Virus record (IMG/VR): IMGVR_UViG_3300042549_009011
Location: 32,001 to 96,000 of that record
Origin: a virus
DNA: 64,000 nucleotides
Reading direction: 5' to 3' (one strand)
The position numbers and the translations under genes were made by a program. The notes beneath the pieces were generated by a model. The model saw only the letters and a list, made by a program, of their open reading frames with translations, had not been told where the DNA came from and did not search any database. How positions within the stretch are numbered: position 1 is the stretch's first letter; the number at the start of each line of letters is the position of its first letter. This document shows positions 21,801 through 30,204 of the stretch, in pieces.

Positions 21801-21929
21801 CAATTGGCTGAAGTTGTTAATTCAGCGTCTGCAAATATAATAAGCTTTTCAGAATTGACTAGAAAAATAGATCAGATAGGAACTATTCTTAATAACAATC
21901 CACTGTTTGGAACAGCAGTAAGTCAATAA
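15873..21929 (+). CDS. Tape measure protein with an internal repeat-delimited cassette region
   Basis: 2018 aa; TP901-like N-terminal domain (AAAEFARQG, GVSFDELLG, IGNALKSIFTRL); hydrophobic segments; long coiled coil. Confidence 0.9.
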   Translation: MAKSAIDVSLNMTLNAQSLNAATKEVRQSLGRITGNASEFQKSLDASTARVFAFGASTFVIEGVKQAFSALVSTTIEVEKRLIEIKSIFGGTANEFNQFRESIFQVAKNTGQSFSVVADAAAEFARQGLDAAETAKRLEAALILTRVSGLDSVKAVSALTAAINGFSSAGLSAAQITNKLIAVDTKFAVSAKDLAEGFSRAGSTAEDAGVSFDELLGIITAVQQTTSRGGAVIGNALKSIFTRLSRSSTIEDLQGLGVAIDSSQTGIQKLQALSNALDQISDPSKASQIKELAGGVYQINIVSAALKDLSKETSIFSRATAISAGATNEALQKNNDLNKSLAAQLNSLVIGFTNLAEKIGQITFAPLLGTLAGLATKVSDFFNEALDPEKGNAFVQGLLKSIGSFLSGPGLVLITTAFLKIITLVARYAKEGFASILSIGTQTEKLKSIQEGLVNSLINDKKFREDILSSTLTLEQKQKAVGDAIARENALLREQQAILTTLSKQALNLGVSGFSKEKGFTGKSGKPIAARGYIPNYAASAQETMMETSAAREHGYKAGKVYNTRLYDGTGGSFKSTVNSAETIKTVRGPNGKLGTYVIPPNGFAGKGFVPNYVGPAAAIRAAGIKSLNDLEKYRVAGKNSFQIGGTIIPLSQAKNVLGRTSTQETNARGQERLIMDGGQFGMLIPNIKALGSVNQFLGTLDTSKGKVPYNLSNLAIRGPQVPNAVDQAANPDDEKLKESIYKTVSNKAASFANLLRGQKVSSSDIRSSLEQNSGAIGALNSAVGAAFESAVLSAYPSQFFDKQANKIGGDFDLRNPSEDVRTLFALDAARTKLDFKASDSKFSKDSMAKKIYNENYKNKVPSTLGKRGAASGFIPNFAVDLNKSQDYVKNQRKRNFKASTYRKATGTIGSLFKSLPEKFFADGVLGDGAQGLETNGIFNLIKQNALYGASFAGPKAIKFVTEAEKYGLKVEKSLKDKLAKLVVKGASKMKGFAGGFLPNFANPLQDALGREMAAGVPASQIYVDSSARLRNSNNPMGLMVANSIDEPKGGYQGINRAVKEGKNPRKYGAAGGFVPNYAKGGSGLSGGIGNLQIAFFALSTVSNTLLASNNELNDTIQKVITGLSTLLILQSLASPLKGVVGTFTKFPKLFSSLGKNISKFGLLKAPIAALSAPLLGLVAVAGTLLAIGITFKTLQSKINKSLEESLNINKRVASERKKRISEGEIALRGTGASDTSGIVERSNQEVDRVKKLNDLQVELDKTGSGFIDSFLESGILFTDIKFDATASTQAKRKEIQKKIEELEKQGEETWGQYSNDIDAIKKAQIKLQKNNEQVQQIALQKTSSGRYASSILGVASQLKTDKSSLEAKRSGLTEELQTSKKSATKDETVEEKNKRLKNESRIKEEISSLDKDIKATSSALADSFNQFNQVIEYSSENYDKAFEDAISSFKKSASLLSSTLEETAKFLMQRGQSLDIASSLTPASGKSSEILAKQLQIASGKNQAQTSRNEFKQSILDFGKNLNNLDVLKVSNAPQEERERQIAEFKSLNARIKPDSTVGEDGLTVKQRSEVERSFASNKASAEGFSLLQGSEDIKKLEKDLTTGKFDQNIFNDFFSGGEKALKDTLQKSFSSVDFEKDQGKELFNKAKESAIAYRDNLIKGYTEARNIQTQINNDIKANGLELVAAQKQALSELPNVLKQIREGEKVDPTALFNKFQEAAKLLKTGDPKDARKANEILASTSGESERFKALFGQQALEGIQQRSGLTPDIISKSVSTASLDKIDYSSIEDIIRTKFSVGSDEALRSLNKVKVDPTKLQDFLNTINRITSGGSAKLKEAGADITGSLGGLSKGKIGAPSVREVNQSLRSELSSASKEQLVGLDSTLKAFVKDSSNVEIFKKLEEQLKQTLGAEKGSKFASAYKDATKQGEFTGEDAEVSKLTEKRNQLAVEIDAVNKQVQDFKTAFDKTKITASIDQLAEVVNSASANIISFSELTRKIDQIGTILNNNPLFGTAVSQ
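17457..19109 (+). repeat. Five degenerate A-x-G-[FY]-[IVL]-P-N-[FY]-[AV] peptide repeats in the tape measure protein
   Basis: AARGYIPNYA 17457, AGKGFVPNYV 17685, AASGFIPNFA 18480, FAGGFLPNFA 18849, AAGGFVPNYA 19080. Confidence 0.9.
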
Positions 21930-21940
21930 AATATTTTTAA

Positions 21941-23446
21941 ATGAGCTTAATAATAAACAAAGTATCATCATGCTCCACTCAGATAAATTATTCTTATCTT
22001 GATTCTGATTTTATATTTGGTTATGAAGTTGTCGGTAACTATACAGTAGAATTTGCCGATATAACATTGACTGATAATGACGGCGTTCTTTACTCAGGTA
22101 TAGATGCTTTAAGAATTGCATATCAACAACCTAATCTTACTGCTAGAATAGGATCAGATGAATTTTTAAATGGAAGATTAACAAGTCAATCTTTTGAACA
22201 ATCAACTTTAGCAGGTTCTTCAAGTTGTTCTATAACAATAGAAGAATCCAAAAGATTAGATAATTATGCTGGTAATGAATTTGCTGAAAATATTCCAAGC
22301 CCACATTTAATATCTTCTTTTCAAGAAAATTTTTCTTTTTCTAGATCTGGAGATAGTTATTCTTCAACAAGAAATGCGTCTATAACTTATAGGCAAGATA
22401 TTGGAAATCAATTTTTAAATAACGCTAAACTTTTTTTAAGCAATGTTTATAGATATCTTAGACCAAATTTTGGCTACCATACAGATGGGATATCTGAAAA
22501 TGGAAGATTCGATGAAAACTTCAGACCACTTATATCTGAAACAATTGATTTATTAAATTTAACTGTTTCTATTCAAGAAACAGTTCAAACTTCTTTTATA
22601 GAAGATTTTTTTTCTAAAAAAGTTACTTATACAGAAGAAATTGGAGAAGACGGATTTACTTCAAAAAATTATTCAGTTGAAATAAAAGCTTTAAGAGAAC
22701 CTCTGGAGGGAAAAGCGTTAGATGCATCTAAAATTGTTTTGGATGATATATTAAATGAAAATTTTGCTGATTTTAAAAATCCAATAGAAATTGGGAAAGG
22801 AATAAATAGAGACGGCGCAATAATAACTTTAACTATTCTATTTTCTAATGATCCTAAATTAAATTCAGATAATACAAATTCTTATAATGTTACAAAGTCA
22901 AAAAATGGAAATTTCTATGAATATTCCATAACAATTGAAGCCCAGTCAACTGGAAAAAGCAAAGAGTCTAAATTAGCAAATTTAAAAAGTTTTTGGCAAG
23001 GTCTAGCTGGGACATATATAACAAAAATAGAAAGCTTATTTACTTCTGTTGGCGCTATATATTTAAAAAGTAGAGATTATTCTTTTTCTTCAAAAGAGCC
23101 AAAAATAACAGAAACAGTAATTTATACACAAGACGATTCTTACGATTCAAGCGGAGATATTTTAAAAGACGAATCTTCTGTAAGTACAAAAAACGCATTA
23201 GATAGACATAGAATTTTTGTGAGTCCAGAAACAAAAGGAGAAGTTATCGAAGTAGCTTCAAGTTTAAAAGCAGCAGGAAGCGAAACTTTTTCAAGGAATG
23301 TTATCACAAAAATGTATGTTGGTATTGATGGATTAATAGCAATTTTAAATACAGAAGAAAATCAAGACAAAATATCAAGTGATGTAATTACTGCGAATAT
23401 TGAATGTGTAGGAAGTCGTGTAATTACATATAGCACAACTCAATAA
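21941..23446 (+). CDS. Putative tail tip / distal tail protein
   Basis: Directly after the tape measure gene; Ser/Thr-rich beta-strand repeats. Confidence 0.45.
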   Translation: MSLIINKVSSCSTQINYSYLDSDFIFGYEVVGNYTVEFADITLTDNDGVLYSGIDALRIAYQQPNLTARIGSDEFLNGRLTSQSFEQSTLAGSSSCSITIEESKRLDNYAGNEFAENIPSPHLISSFQENFSFSRSGDSYSSTRNASITYRQDIGNQFLNNAKLFLSNVYRYLRPNFGYHTDGISENGRFDENFRPLISETIDLLNLTVSIQETVQTSFIEDFFSKKVTYTEEIGEDGFTSKNYSVEIKALREPLEGKALDASKIVLDDILNENFADFKNPIEIGKGINRDGAIITLTILFSNDPKLNSDNTNSYNVTKSKNGNFYEYSITIEAQSTGKSKESKLANLKSFWQGLAGTYITKIESLFTSVGAIYLKSRDYSFSSKEPKITETVIYTQDDSYDSSGDILKDESSVSTKNALDRHRIFVSPETKGEVIEVASSLKAAGSETFSRNVITKMYVGIDGLIAILNTEENQDKISSDVITANIECVGSRVITYSTTQ

Positions 23447-24990
23447 TGAGCATATCATATGATACATATTTTTTTCCAGCACCACTTCCATCTGTAGTAA
23501 TTTCAGATGAACCAATTTATATTGCTGGTAAATTAGACCATACAAAACAAAAAATACAATTAATTGGTACGATAACTGGGTCTAATTTAAATAGCTTGTC
23601 TGAAGCGAAAAAAGAAATGGAAATAGGTTTATTGAATCCGTTTGAGTCATTAGACTTAAATGGAGAAAGTTTTGATATTTGTAGACCTCTTAGTATAAAT
23701 TTTTCTGATAGCGATTTAACTACCTTACTGCCTTATTCGGTAGAATTTGAAGCTTTTGATGAAAAAGGTTTTACAGAATTTTATGGCATTTCAGATCCTA
23801 CAGATTCTTGGTCTTATTCCGAACAAGATGGCAGAATAATTTCTGCAACTCATACAGTTTCGGCAAGAGGCGTTAAAGTAGATGGAAATGATTCTTTACA
23901 AAATGCAAGAACTTTTGTAAATTCAAGACTTAATGGTTTTGAAAACTATAGTATAATAAATCCAGATATTTCAGAATCTTATATAAGAGAAAAAACTGAA
24001 GAAATAAATAGATTCCAAAATATTTACTCTGTAACAGAAGTTTATACGCTTTCGTCAAGTAGATCTTCGCAGCCAGAAAACAGTTTAGTAACCGTTACAA
24101 CACAAATAAATTATTCAAAAAATTCAGAATCTTCCGTAACTGTAAGTGGTAATATAATAGGTTCTGTTGGAGGAACTTTAGTAAATAAATCTATGTTTAC
24201 CGCTTCACAAGCTAAAAATCAAGCCATAAAAAGTATTGAAGAATCAAGATCTTTAAGAGAAGCGGATTTGTATGAAATTTTACAAAAAGGACCAAGCTCC
24301 TCTTCTTTCGAAATAAATGAAGTAGACAATTCTTTGACTTTTTCTTATACCTTTTCTGATGCATTTTTCAACGAAGACGATGAAGCAGAACATATTTATA
24401 CTGTAAATATTTCTGCATCTAAAGATTCTGCATTAATAAACGTATCAATAAATGGAGAAATTAGATATAAGGGAATAGAAAATATTTATAGTGGAGAAGA
24501 CATAGAAGATTCTCCAAGATATTTGGCAATTTTAGCAAAATTTGAATCAATTAATCCATATGATTTTGCGGTGCAAGAATATGTTAATTTTTATTCTGTA
24601 GTTCAGGATTTTGATGGTAATAGTTATTTAGACCCAGAACCTTTATCAGAAAGTATTACAAAAAACCCATTTGAACCAAGTATATCATATTCTTATAGTT
24701 ATTCAAATAAAGCAAATTTTAATTTAAAAAATTTAACTCTGGAATATACGGATGAAAAACCTATAATTAGAATAGATTTAGTCGAAACATTGGGTGGTTT
24801 CCAAGAAAATAGAACAAGTATTTTAGGCAAAAAAACTGTTACTGCATCAGCAAATGAACCAGATTCTTCTCTAAACGGTTTAAAATCTCGTATTGAAAGT
24901 TATTTGCCACCATATTGTTTTATTTTTGAAGAATCTTCTTCAGAATCTCCTACATCAATATCAGCAGCAAAAAGTGTTTACTATGTATAA
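23446..24990 (+). CDS. Putative tail tip protein
   Basis: TAATG-coupled to the previous gene; similar beta-rich composition. Confidence 0.45.
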   Translation: MSISYDTYFFPAPLPSVVISDEPIYIAGKLDHTKQKIQLIGTITGSNLNSLSEAKKEMEIGLLNPFESLDLNGESFDICRPLSINFSDSDLTTLLPYSVEFEAFDEKGFTEFYGISDPTDSWSYSEQDGRIISATHTVSARGVKVDGNDSLQNARTFVNSRLNGFENYSIINPDISESYIREKTEEINRFQNIYSVTEVYTLSSSRSSQPENSLVTVTTQINYSKNSESSVTVSGNIIGSVGGTLVNKSMFTASQAKNQAIKSIEESRSLREADLYEILQKGPSSSSFEINEVDNSLTFSYTFSDAFFNEDDEAEHIYTVNISASKDSALINVSINGEIRYKGIENIYSGEDIEDSPRYLAILAKFESINPYDFAVQEYVNFYSVVQDFDGNSYLDPEPLSESITKNPFEPSISYSYSYSNKANFNLKNLTLEYTDEKPIIRIDLVETLGGFQENRTSILGKKTVTASANEPDSSLNGLKSRIESYLPPYCFIFEESSSESPTSISAAKSVYYV

Positions 24991-24993
24991 TAT

Positions 24994-26337
24994 ATGTTAA
25001 AAGAATCCATAACATACAAACTAAATGAATTAGCTATTGATAAAAATAGGCTATTGGTTTGTTATGATTTTAATAAAGATAATACTTTTTCTGCTACAAG
25101 CGGATCTAATAATCAATCTTATATAAAGAACTTATCAATCACTGGAGATAGTGGATTTTATCACGCTGCTGTAATTGGAGCTACAGGATCAACAAGCGCT
25201 TTAGCATTAAGTAGTGTCACTGGTTCTAGCGGATTTTTACAAGGTAATAAAGCAGACTTTACAAAAAAAGTAGCAAAAATTTCTGGTTCTTCAAATATAG
25301 ATTTGAGAAATTGCTCATATTTGATGACTATTGATTCTGAGTTATCAGATGATGGAGTTATTATCGGATGCTATTCCAAAGAAGCACAAACAATAAATGG
25401 CATAGAATATACTTATTCAAGTGGATTTAACTATGGACAAAATTATCGTGGACAAGATTTTATAAAATCTAAAAATCAAAATGGAGAATATTGTTTTACA
25501 AAAAGTGAAGATGATCCAACTAAAAGAAGAGTAGTTGGAATAACTTTTAATAATAGCCAAGCAACTTTACATAGATTTGACTATCTTAACGACAATGTTA
25601 AGTCCCAATCTTTTTCTTGCTCTCCTACAGATATTGCAAATACAAGTAATTTTTATTTAGGTTCAGCAATAGATTATTTTAGAGGGCAAGAAGGAGATAA
25701 ATTATTTAGTGGCAAACTTGAAAACTTCTTAATTTTATCTGGATATTTTTTCGAAAATACTCTTTATGAAATTAGTAAGTCCCTTATTTCTGACTATCAG
25801 TTTAATAGTGGAACAGTTACAACAACTGGTATATTTTCTGGATACCAAACTGAAGTCGTTTATAAAACAGGAATAACTGGTTCTTATTTACAAATTACTG
25901 GATATAATTATGTACAAAGTGGAATACCAATATTCACACAATTGCCAGTTTTTACTGGATTAATTTCTGCAAAAGAAGGGCAAAGAATATGGTTGAATTA
26001 TGAAGATTATATTGAAAGCGTAGGATATTTAGATTCTGGTAATTCAAATTATTACTTGCCTACTGGAGAAGATGCACAATCTACTCTTGGTTTAAGAAAT
26101 TCTTCTGGACTTTTTTCTGGTTTTACTGTTTCTGGATCTTTTAATTATAATACAGTTGCCGTGCCATTATATCAGACAATATATTTGACTGGCGTAACAA
26201 ACGAGGTTTCTGGAGTAATAAATTATGAAATTTATAAAACTGGATACATAACAGGAGCCGCTTCTTCTGGAATTTCTTTTTCAGATGATTTTAGCGGTTT
26301 TCAAAAAAACTTAATTTACTACTTAGGACATAGATAA
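24994..26337 (+). CDS. Virion protein with LamG/concanavalin-like N-terminal domain and [ST]G-rich C-terminus
   Basis: LLVCYDFN...NFYLGS...FSGKLENFLI fits the LamG-like pattern; 29 [ST]G dipeptides counted by hand. Confidence 0.55.
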   Translation: MLKESITYKLNELAIDKNRLLVCYDFNKDNTFSATSGSNNQSYIKNLSITGDSGFYHAAVIGATGSTSALALSSVTGSSGFLQGNKADFTKKVAKISGSSNIDLRNCSYLMTIDSELSDDGVIIGCYSKEAQTINGIEYTYSSGFNYGQNYRGQDFIKSKNQNGEYCFTKSEDDPTKRRVVGITFNNSQATLHRFDYLNDNVKSQSFSCSPTDIANTSNFYLGSAIDYFRGQEGDKLFSGKLENFLILSGYFFENTLYEISKSLISDYQFNSGTVTTTGIFSGYQTEVVYKTGITGSYLQITGYNYVQSGIPIFTQLPVFTGLISAKEGQRIWLNYEDYIESVGYLDSGNSNYYLPTGEDAQSTLGLRNSSGLFSGFTVSGSFNYNTVAVPLYQTIYLTGVTNEVSGVINYEIYKTGYITGAASSGISFSDDFSGFQKNLIYYLGHR

Positions 26338-27110
26338 TGTTTGAATTCTCTTTTAAAACTGGTTCAGGAATTTCTGGTTTATATTCTCCATTTGTTGAGG
26401 AGAATATAAAAACTCAGTTTGATGGCGGTTTGTTTTTAAATTCTGATTTGATAACTGGCAAAAACGTATCTGTTTTAAGCGTAAATGGGCAAACTTTAGC
26501 GGAGCAGTTAGCTACGGAAATAAATTTAGGATCATTAAATTTATACTTAAATAGTGGAGACTATTATACAAAAGGCAGTAATAATTATAAAACAGTAAGT
26601 TTTTCTGATAATATTGATTTTAATTTATTTAGGAAAACAAATTTTTTCTTTAGAATAAAAAGTGATCCAAGAGAAATAGCTTTAGGATCTGGAATTTCTT
26701 CAATTCAAATGCAGAATAATTTATCTGGTTCTTTAGTTTCGAAATTTCCAGAAAGAGCTAATTCATATACAGGATTATCTTCTTTTGATTACTATTTAAA
26801 CGGTCAAAAGATATATTCTGGAATAAGCGGCTCTTATACAATAAGCGGTTCTAGTTTCATATATAATGATTCTATGACTGGCAAGATATTTGCAATACCA
26901 AAAAATCAAAATACAAAAACTTATACTGGACAAAATCCAGATGTTTATGATCAAAATTTTGTAGAAACAACTGTTTATGGCTATGCAAATGGACTCTCTT
27001 TAGATAAATCTAATTGGCTAGAGCTATATACTGGTGTAAAATACATTACCACTGGTATTGCTGCAATAATTTTTGAAGAACCAAAAGAAAATCAAACAAT
27101 TAATATTTAA
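26337..27110 (+). CDS. [ST]G-rich virion protein
   Basis: Repeated xNGQ beta motifs (VNGQ, LNGQ, ANGL); 15 [ST]G dipeptides. Confidence 0.5.
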   Translation: MFEFSFKTGSGISGLYSPFVEENIKTQFDGGLFLNSDLITGKNVSVLSVNGQTLAEQLATEINLGSLNLYLNSGDYYTKGSNNYKTVSFSDNIDFNLFRKTNFFFRIKSDPREIALGSGISSIQMQNNLSGSLVSKFPERANSYTGLSSFDYYLNGQKIYSGISGSYTISGSSFIYNDSMTGKIFAIPKNQNTKTYTGQNPDVYDQNFVETTVYGYANGLSLDKSNWLELYTGVKYITTGIAAIIFEEPKENQTINI

Positions 27111-29443
27111 TGATTAAGTCTCTAGATATAAACTATGGTTTCAATGGAGAAGTTTCTACAGCATCTCTAATTCGTAGCGATTCTACGATAGCTTGCTCTG
27201 CAACAGCAGAAGGATCTGTAGAATTTAATATACAACAATTATTAAAAGATTATGCTTTGTATAAAACAACAAAAACAAATAGCGCTGGATTTAAAGAAAT
27301 ATCAGAGGAATGGGTTGATAAACAAGCTCAAAGATTAGAAGCTATTCCAGTGCTTGTAAGAGGTATAACCGCATCTCCATTTGCTGAACCATTTTCTTAT
27401 CAGGGAAGGCTATATAATTTTGCAGAAGTTGATAAAAAAATAGTTGATATTGGTGAGCAGTCAAAAACTGAACCAGAATTAAGAGATGATTCAATATTGA
27501 TTCTTGGAAAAACTATTTCTGTATTATCAACAAGTTATAAAAATGATAATTATTTTGATTTTTATAGCAAAGGTAATCTCATAGGTTCAACACCATTAAG
27601 AAGCAAATGGCCCCAAGAAGCAAAAGATGCAATGTCAAATTTAGAAATTGATGCTTCTTTAAAATTTGGTTATACTTTAGAAGATTTAAAAAAAGGAATA
27701 GAGATTTGTGGATACACAGTAGAAGATTATCCAGATTCTAGTTTAGGAGGAGATTTTAGTTTAATTGAAACAGGAGGATCTTTAAAAGATTGTATTTCTG
27801 CTGTGGCTTCTATGTATGGTGTTTATTGGAGTTGTAGAGGTAATAAAATATCTTTTTATACAAGATCAGAGATAGAAACAATTAATAATAATATTGAGGA
27901 TCTTACAGATTCATCAGATGAAACAATTATATCATCTAGTTATTCTACAGATATTTATAATAAATCTAAAATTTCAGTAATAAATGGATCTGCATCTGAA
28001 ACGTTTTCTGGTGGCGGATCAAATTTTCAAATTGGCGCTGTAAATAGAAGCTTAACTTTTAAATATATTGATATTAGATTTTATTTAAAAAATAAAGAGC
28101 TAATTCCAATAGGTCCATTTTATAGTTCTATAATATTTTCACAAAATGAAAATCTTTTTGATTATATATTTTTAATGTTTATATTTAATAAAAAAGAAGA
28201 AGCAAGAAAATATAAAGCAATAGATAAATATATAGATGATAATGATATAGAATTACAAAAGCAACCTTTTGCATGGAAAAATAACGCATCTCCTATTAAA
28301 AAAATATTATCTGAGATAGCTCCATTAGATCAAACTTTTTATGACATGAGAAAAAAGGGGAAAGATGAAGTTATAGATCTTCCATCACATTCTAAAATTT
28401 ATAGTGCGACAAAATCAGTTTGCGATTTTCTTGGTAATACATATATCTCAAGACCCGTTTCTAAAAGACAATCTCAATATTATGAAATAACACCAAAAGA
28501 ATCTCTTTCTGTTAGTAGAGCATATCCATCTTCAACGAAAGTTACAGAAGTGGATGAGCTTAATAGTTTTATTGTAGCTTTGAAATCTCTTATTGAAGAA
28601 GATATATCAGATGAATTAAGTAATTATTCATTATATGATTTAGCTGCCAAAATTCATTTAGAAAAAGATCAAACTTTTACTATAAGTAAAAATAATTCTT
28701 TTATTTATATTGCAAAAAAACAATTTATAGAAACATCCAATTCGCCTGAAAAAAATGAAGATGCGCCACCTGAAGCAAACGTACTTCAAGCTGCTAAAGA
28801 TGCTATAGATAATTTGGTTAAAGAACAAAAAGGAGTCCCAAATTTTCCACTTGAGGCTGACTCTATTAAATTATTGCCTTGTTCTGACGCAAGAAATGGG
28901 TTTGTAAGCAATATAGCAGCAACATCTACCGCTTTAGTAGAAAAAATATTAAAAATAGCTGATTCTCCAATAGTAATGAAATGCATCAAAGTAAGAGAAC
29001 CAGAAACATCTGAATCTGATGATGGTGACGAAGAAAAAAGAATAAAAGAACTTTTAGGCTCAAATGAAATAAAATCTTTTACTGTTGTTCCAAATTTAGG
29101 AGGAGAATTATCTCCAGTAGAAATTGCTACATTTGACTGCAACTTAGATGAAGAAAATTTTACAAGATTAAATTTACCTTCATTAAATCCAGCTTCTTAT
29201 GTTCAAAGATCTTCTACAGTTACTTATTTCGGTTTTAAAGAACCAGATGAAGAAGATCCATCGCTGTCTAATTACACTTTGAATTTTTCAGACTCTTCTA
29301 CAACAACTTCTATAACAAGATCTACAAAAGAAATACTTGGAATTGACAAGGGCATAGTTATGGGATCTTATATGTCTTCTAATAATAAAAACTCAACAAA
29401 ATTTTTAAGAGCAAGACAGAAAAATGCTTTGAGAATAAATTAA
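27110..29443 (+). CDS. Putative baseplate hub / tail tip protein
   Basis: GSLKDCISAVASMYGVYWSC resembles hub/Tal segments; last gene of the tail operon. Confidence 0.45.
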   Translation: MIKSLDINYGFNGEVSTASLIRSDSTIACSATAEGSVEFNIQQLLKDYALYKTTKTNSAGFKEISEEWVDKQAQRLEAIPVLVRGITASPFAEPFSYQGRLYNFAEVDKKIVDIGEQSKTEPELRDDSILILGKTISVLSTSYKNDNYFDFYSKGNLIGSTPLRSKWPQEAKDAMSNLEIDASLKFGYTLEDLKKGIEICGYTVEDYPDSSLGGDFSLIETGGSLKDCISAVASMYGVYWSCRGNKISFYTRSEIETINNNIEDLTDSSDETIISSSYSTDIYNKSKISVINGSASETFSGGGSNFQIGAVNRSLTFKYIDIRFYLKNKELIPIGPFYSSIIFSQNENLFDYIFLMFIFNKKEEARKYKAIDKYIDDNDIELQKQPFAWKNNASPIKKILSEIAPLDQTFYDMRKKGKDEVIDLPSHSKIYSATKSVCDFLGNTYISRPVSKRQSQYYEITPKESLSVSRAYPSSTKVTEVDELNSFIVALKSLIEEDISDELSNYSLYDLAAKIHLEKDQTFTISKNNSFIYIAKKQFIETSNSPEKNEDAPPEANVLQAAKDAIDNLVKEQKGVPNFPLEADSIKLLPCSDARNGFVSNIAATSTALVEKILKIADSPIVMKCIKVREPETSESDDGDEEKRIKELLGSNEIKSFTVVPNLGGELSPVEIATFDCNLDEENFTRLNLPSLNPASYVQRSSTVTYFGFKEPDEEDPSLSNYTLNFSDSSTTTSITRSTKEILGIDKGIVMGSYMSSNNKNSTKFLRARQKNALRIN

Positions 29444-30204
29444 ACCTTAGACAAAAGGGCAATTAATTTTCTGCATTCTTTTGGATTTATATCTGAATAT
29501 TGACTCCAATTTTTTGCTTCTTCATTTTTATAAGCACCAGATTTCCATTGTTCTCTAAGCCAAGAGACAAAATTTTCAAAAGAATTAATTGCTTTTTCTT
29601 TTGCTATCTTTTCAAGAGTTCCTTGCGGCGTTAAGACAGTTAAATCTTTTTCGTTTTCAGAAGAATCTATAGATAGAGATTTTTCTGATTTGTCAATTTC
29701 ATCGTCTCCAACAACATTGATATTTAAAAAGTTTCTTACGCAACGCACAAAAGATCTATTGCAGGCAATGGTTTCTAGAAATTTTTGACAAAATTTATCA
29801 GTATTTTCTAATGTAGCATTCGCATAATCTTCAAAAAAGATTTCCTGCATATTGCTCTCATAATTTCCGATCCAATTAATTCTGCAACTAGCTACTACAT
29901 GATCTTTGTCGCCAGAAATTTGATAAGTAACCGAACTGTATCCTCTAAGCCTAGCTACATCTTTAACTCCACCCAAAAGAATTAAAAGCTGCTTATCTGT
30001 TAAGCCTTCGATAGATTTTGGAACATCTTTCTTCCTTGAGAAGAACCAATCTTTATTTGGGTAAAGAAATTCTTGTTTTACCATTGAACGCCAGTTTACA
30101 GTTCCATCTTCATTAAAGATGTAATTCACTCCTGATAAAAGCCCTAATTCATCTCTACGGCATTTTACGGAACTCTCTGCTCTGGAATCTGTTTCAATAT
30201 TCAT
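29440..30204 (-). CDS. Putative Rad52/Sak-like single-strand annealing protein (start revised to ATG at 30204)
   Basis: VVASCRINW...ETIACNRSFVRCVRNFLNI resembles the Rad52-fold A-x-T-x-A-x2-R-A helix; a promoter sits 8 nt upstream of ATG 30204. Confidence 0.45.
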   Translation of the reverse strand: MNIETDSRAESSVKCRRDELGLLSGVNYIFNEDGTVNWRSMVKQEFLYPNKDWFFSRKKDVPKSIEGLTDKQLLILLGGVKDVARLRGYSSVTYQISGDKDHVVASCRINWIGNYESNMQEIFFEDYANATLENTDKFCQKFLETIACNRSFVRCVRNFLNINVVGDDEIDKSEKSLSIDSSENEKDLTVLTPQGTLEKIAKEKAINSFENFVSWLREQWKSGAYKNEEAKNWSQYSDINPKECRKLIALLSKV

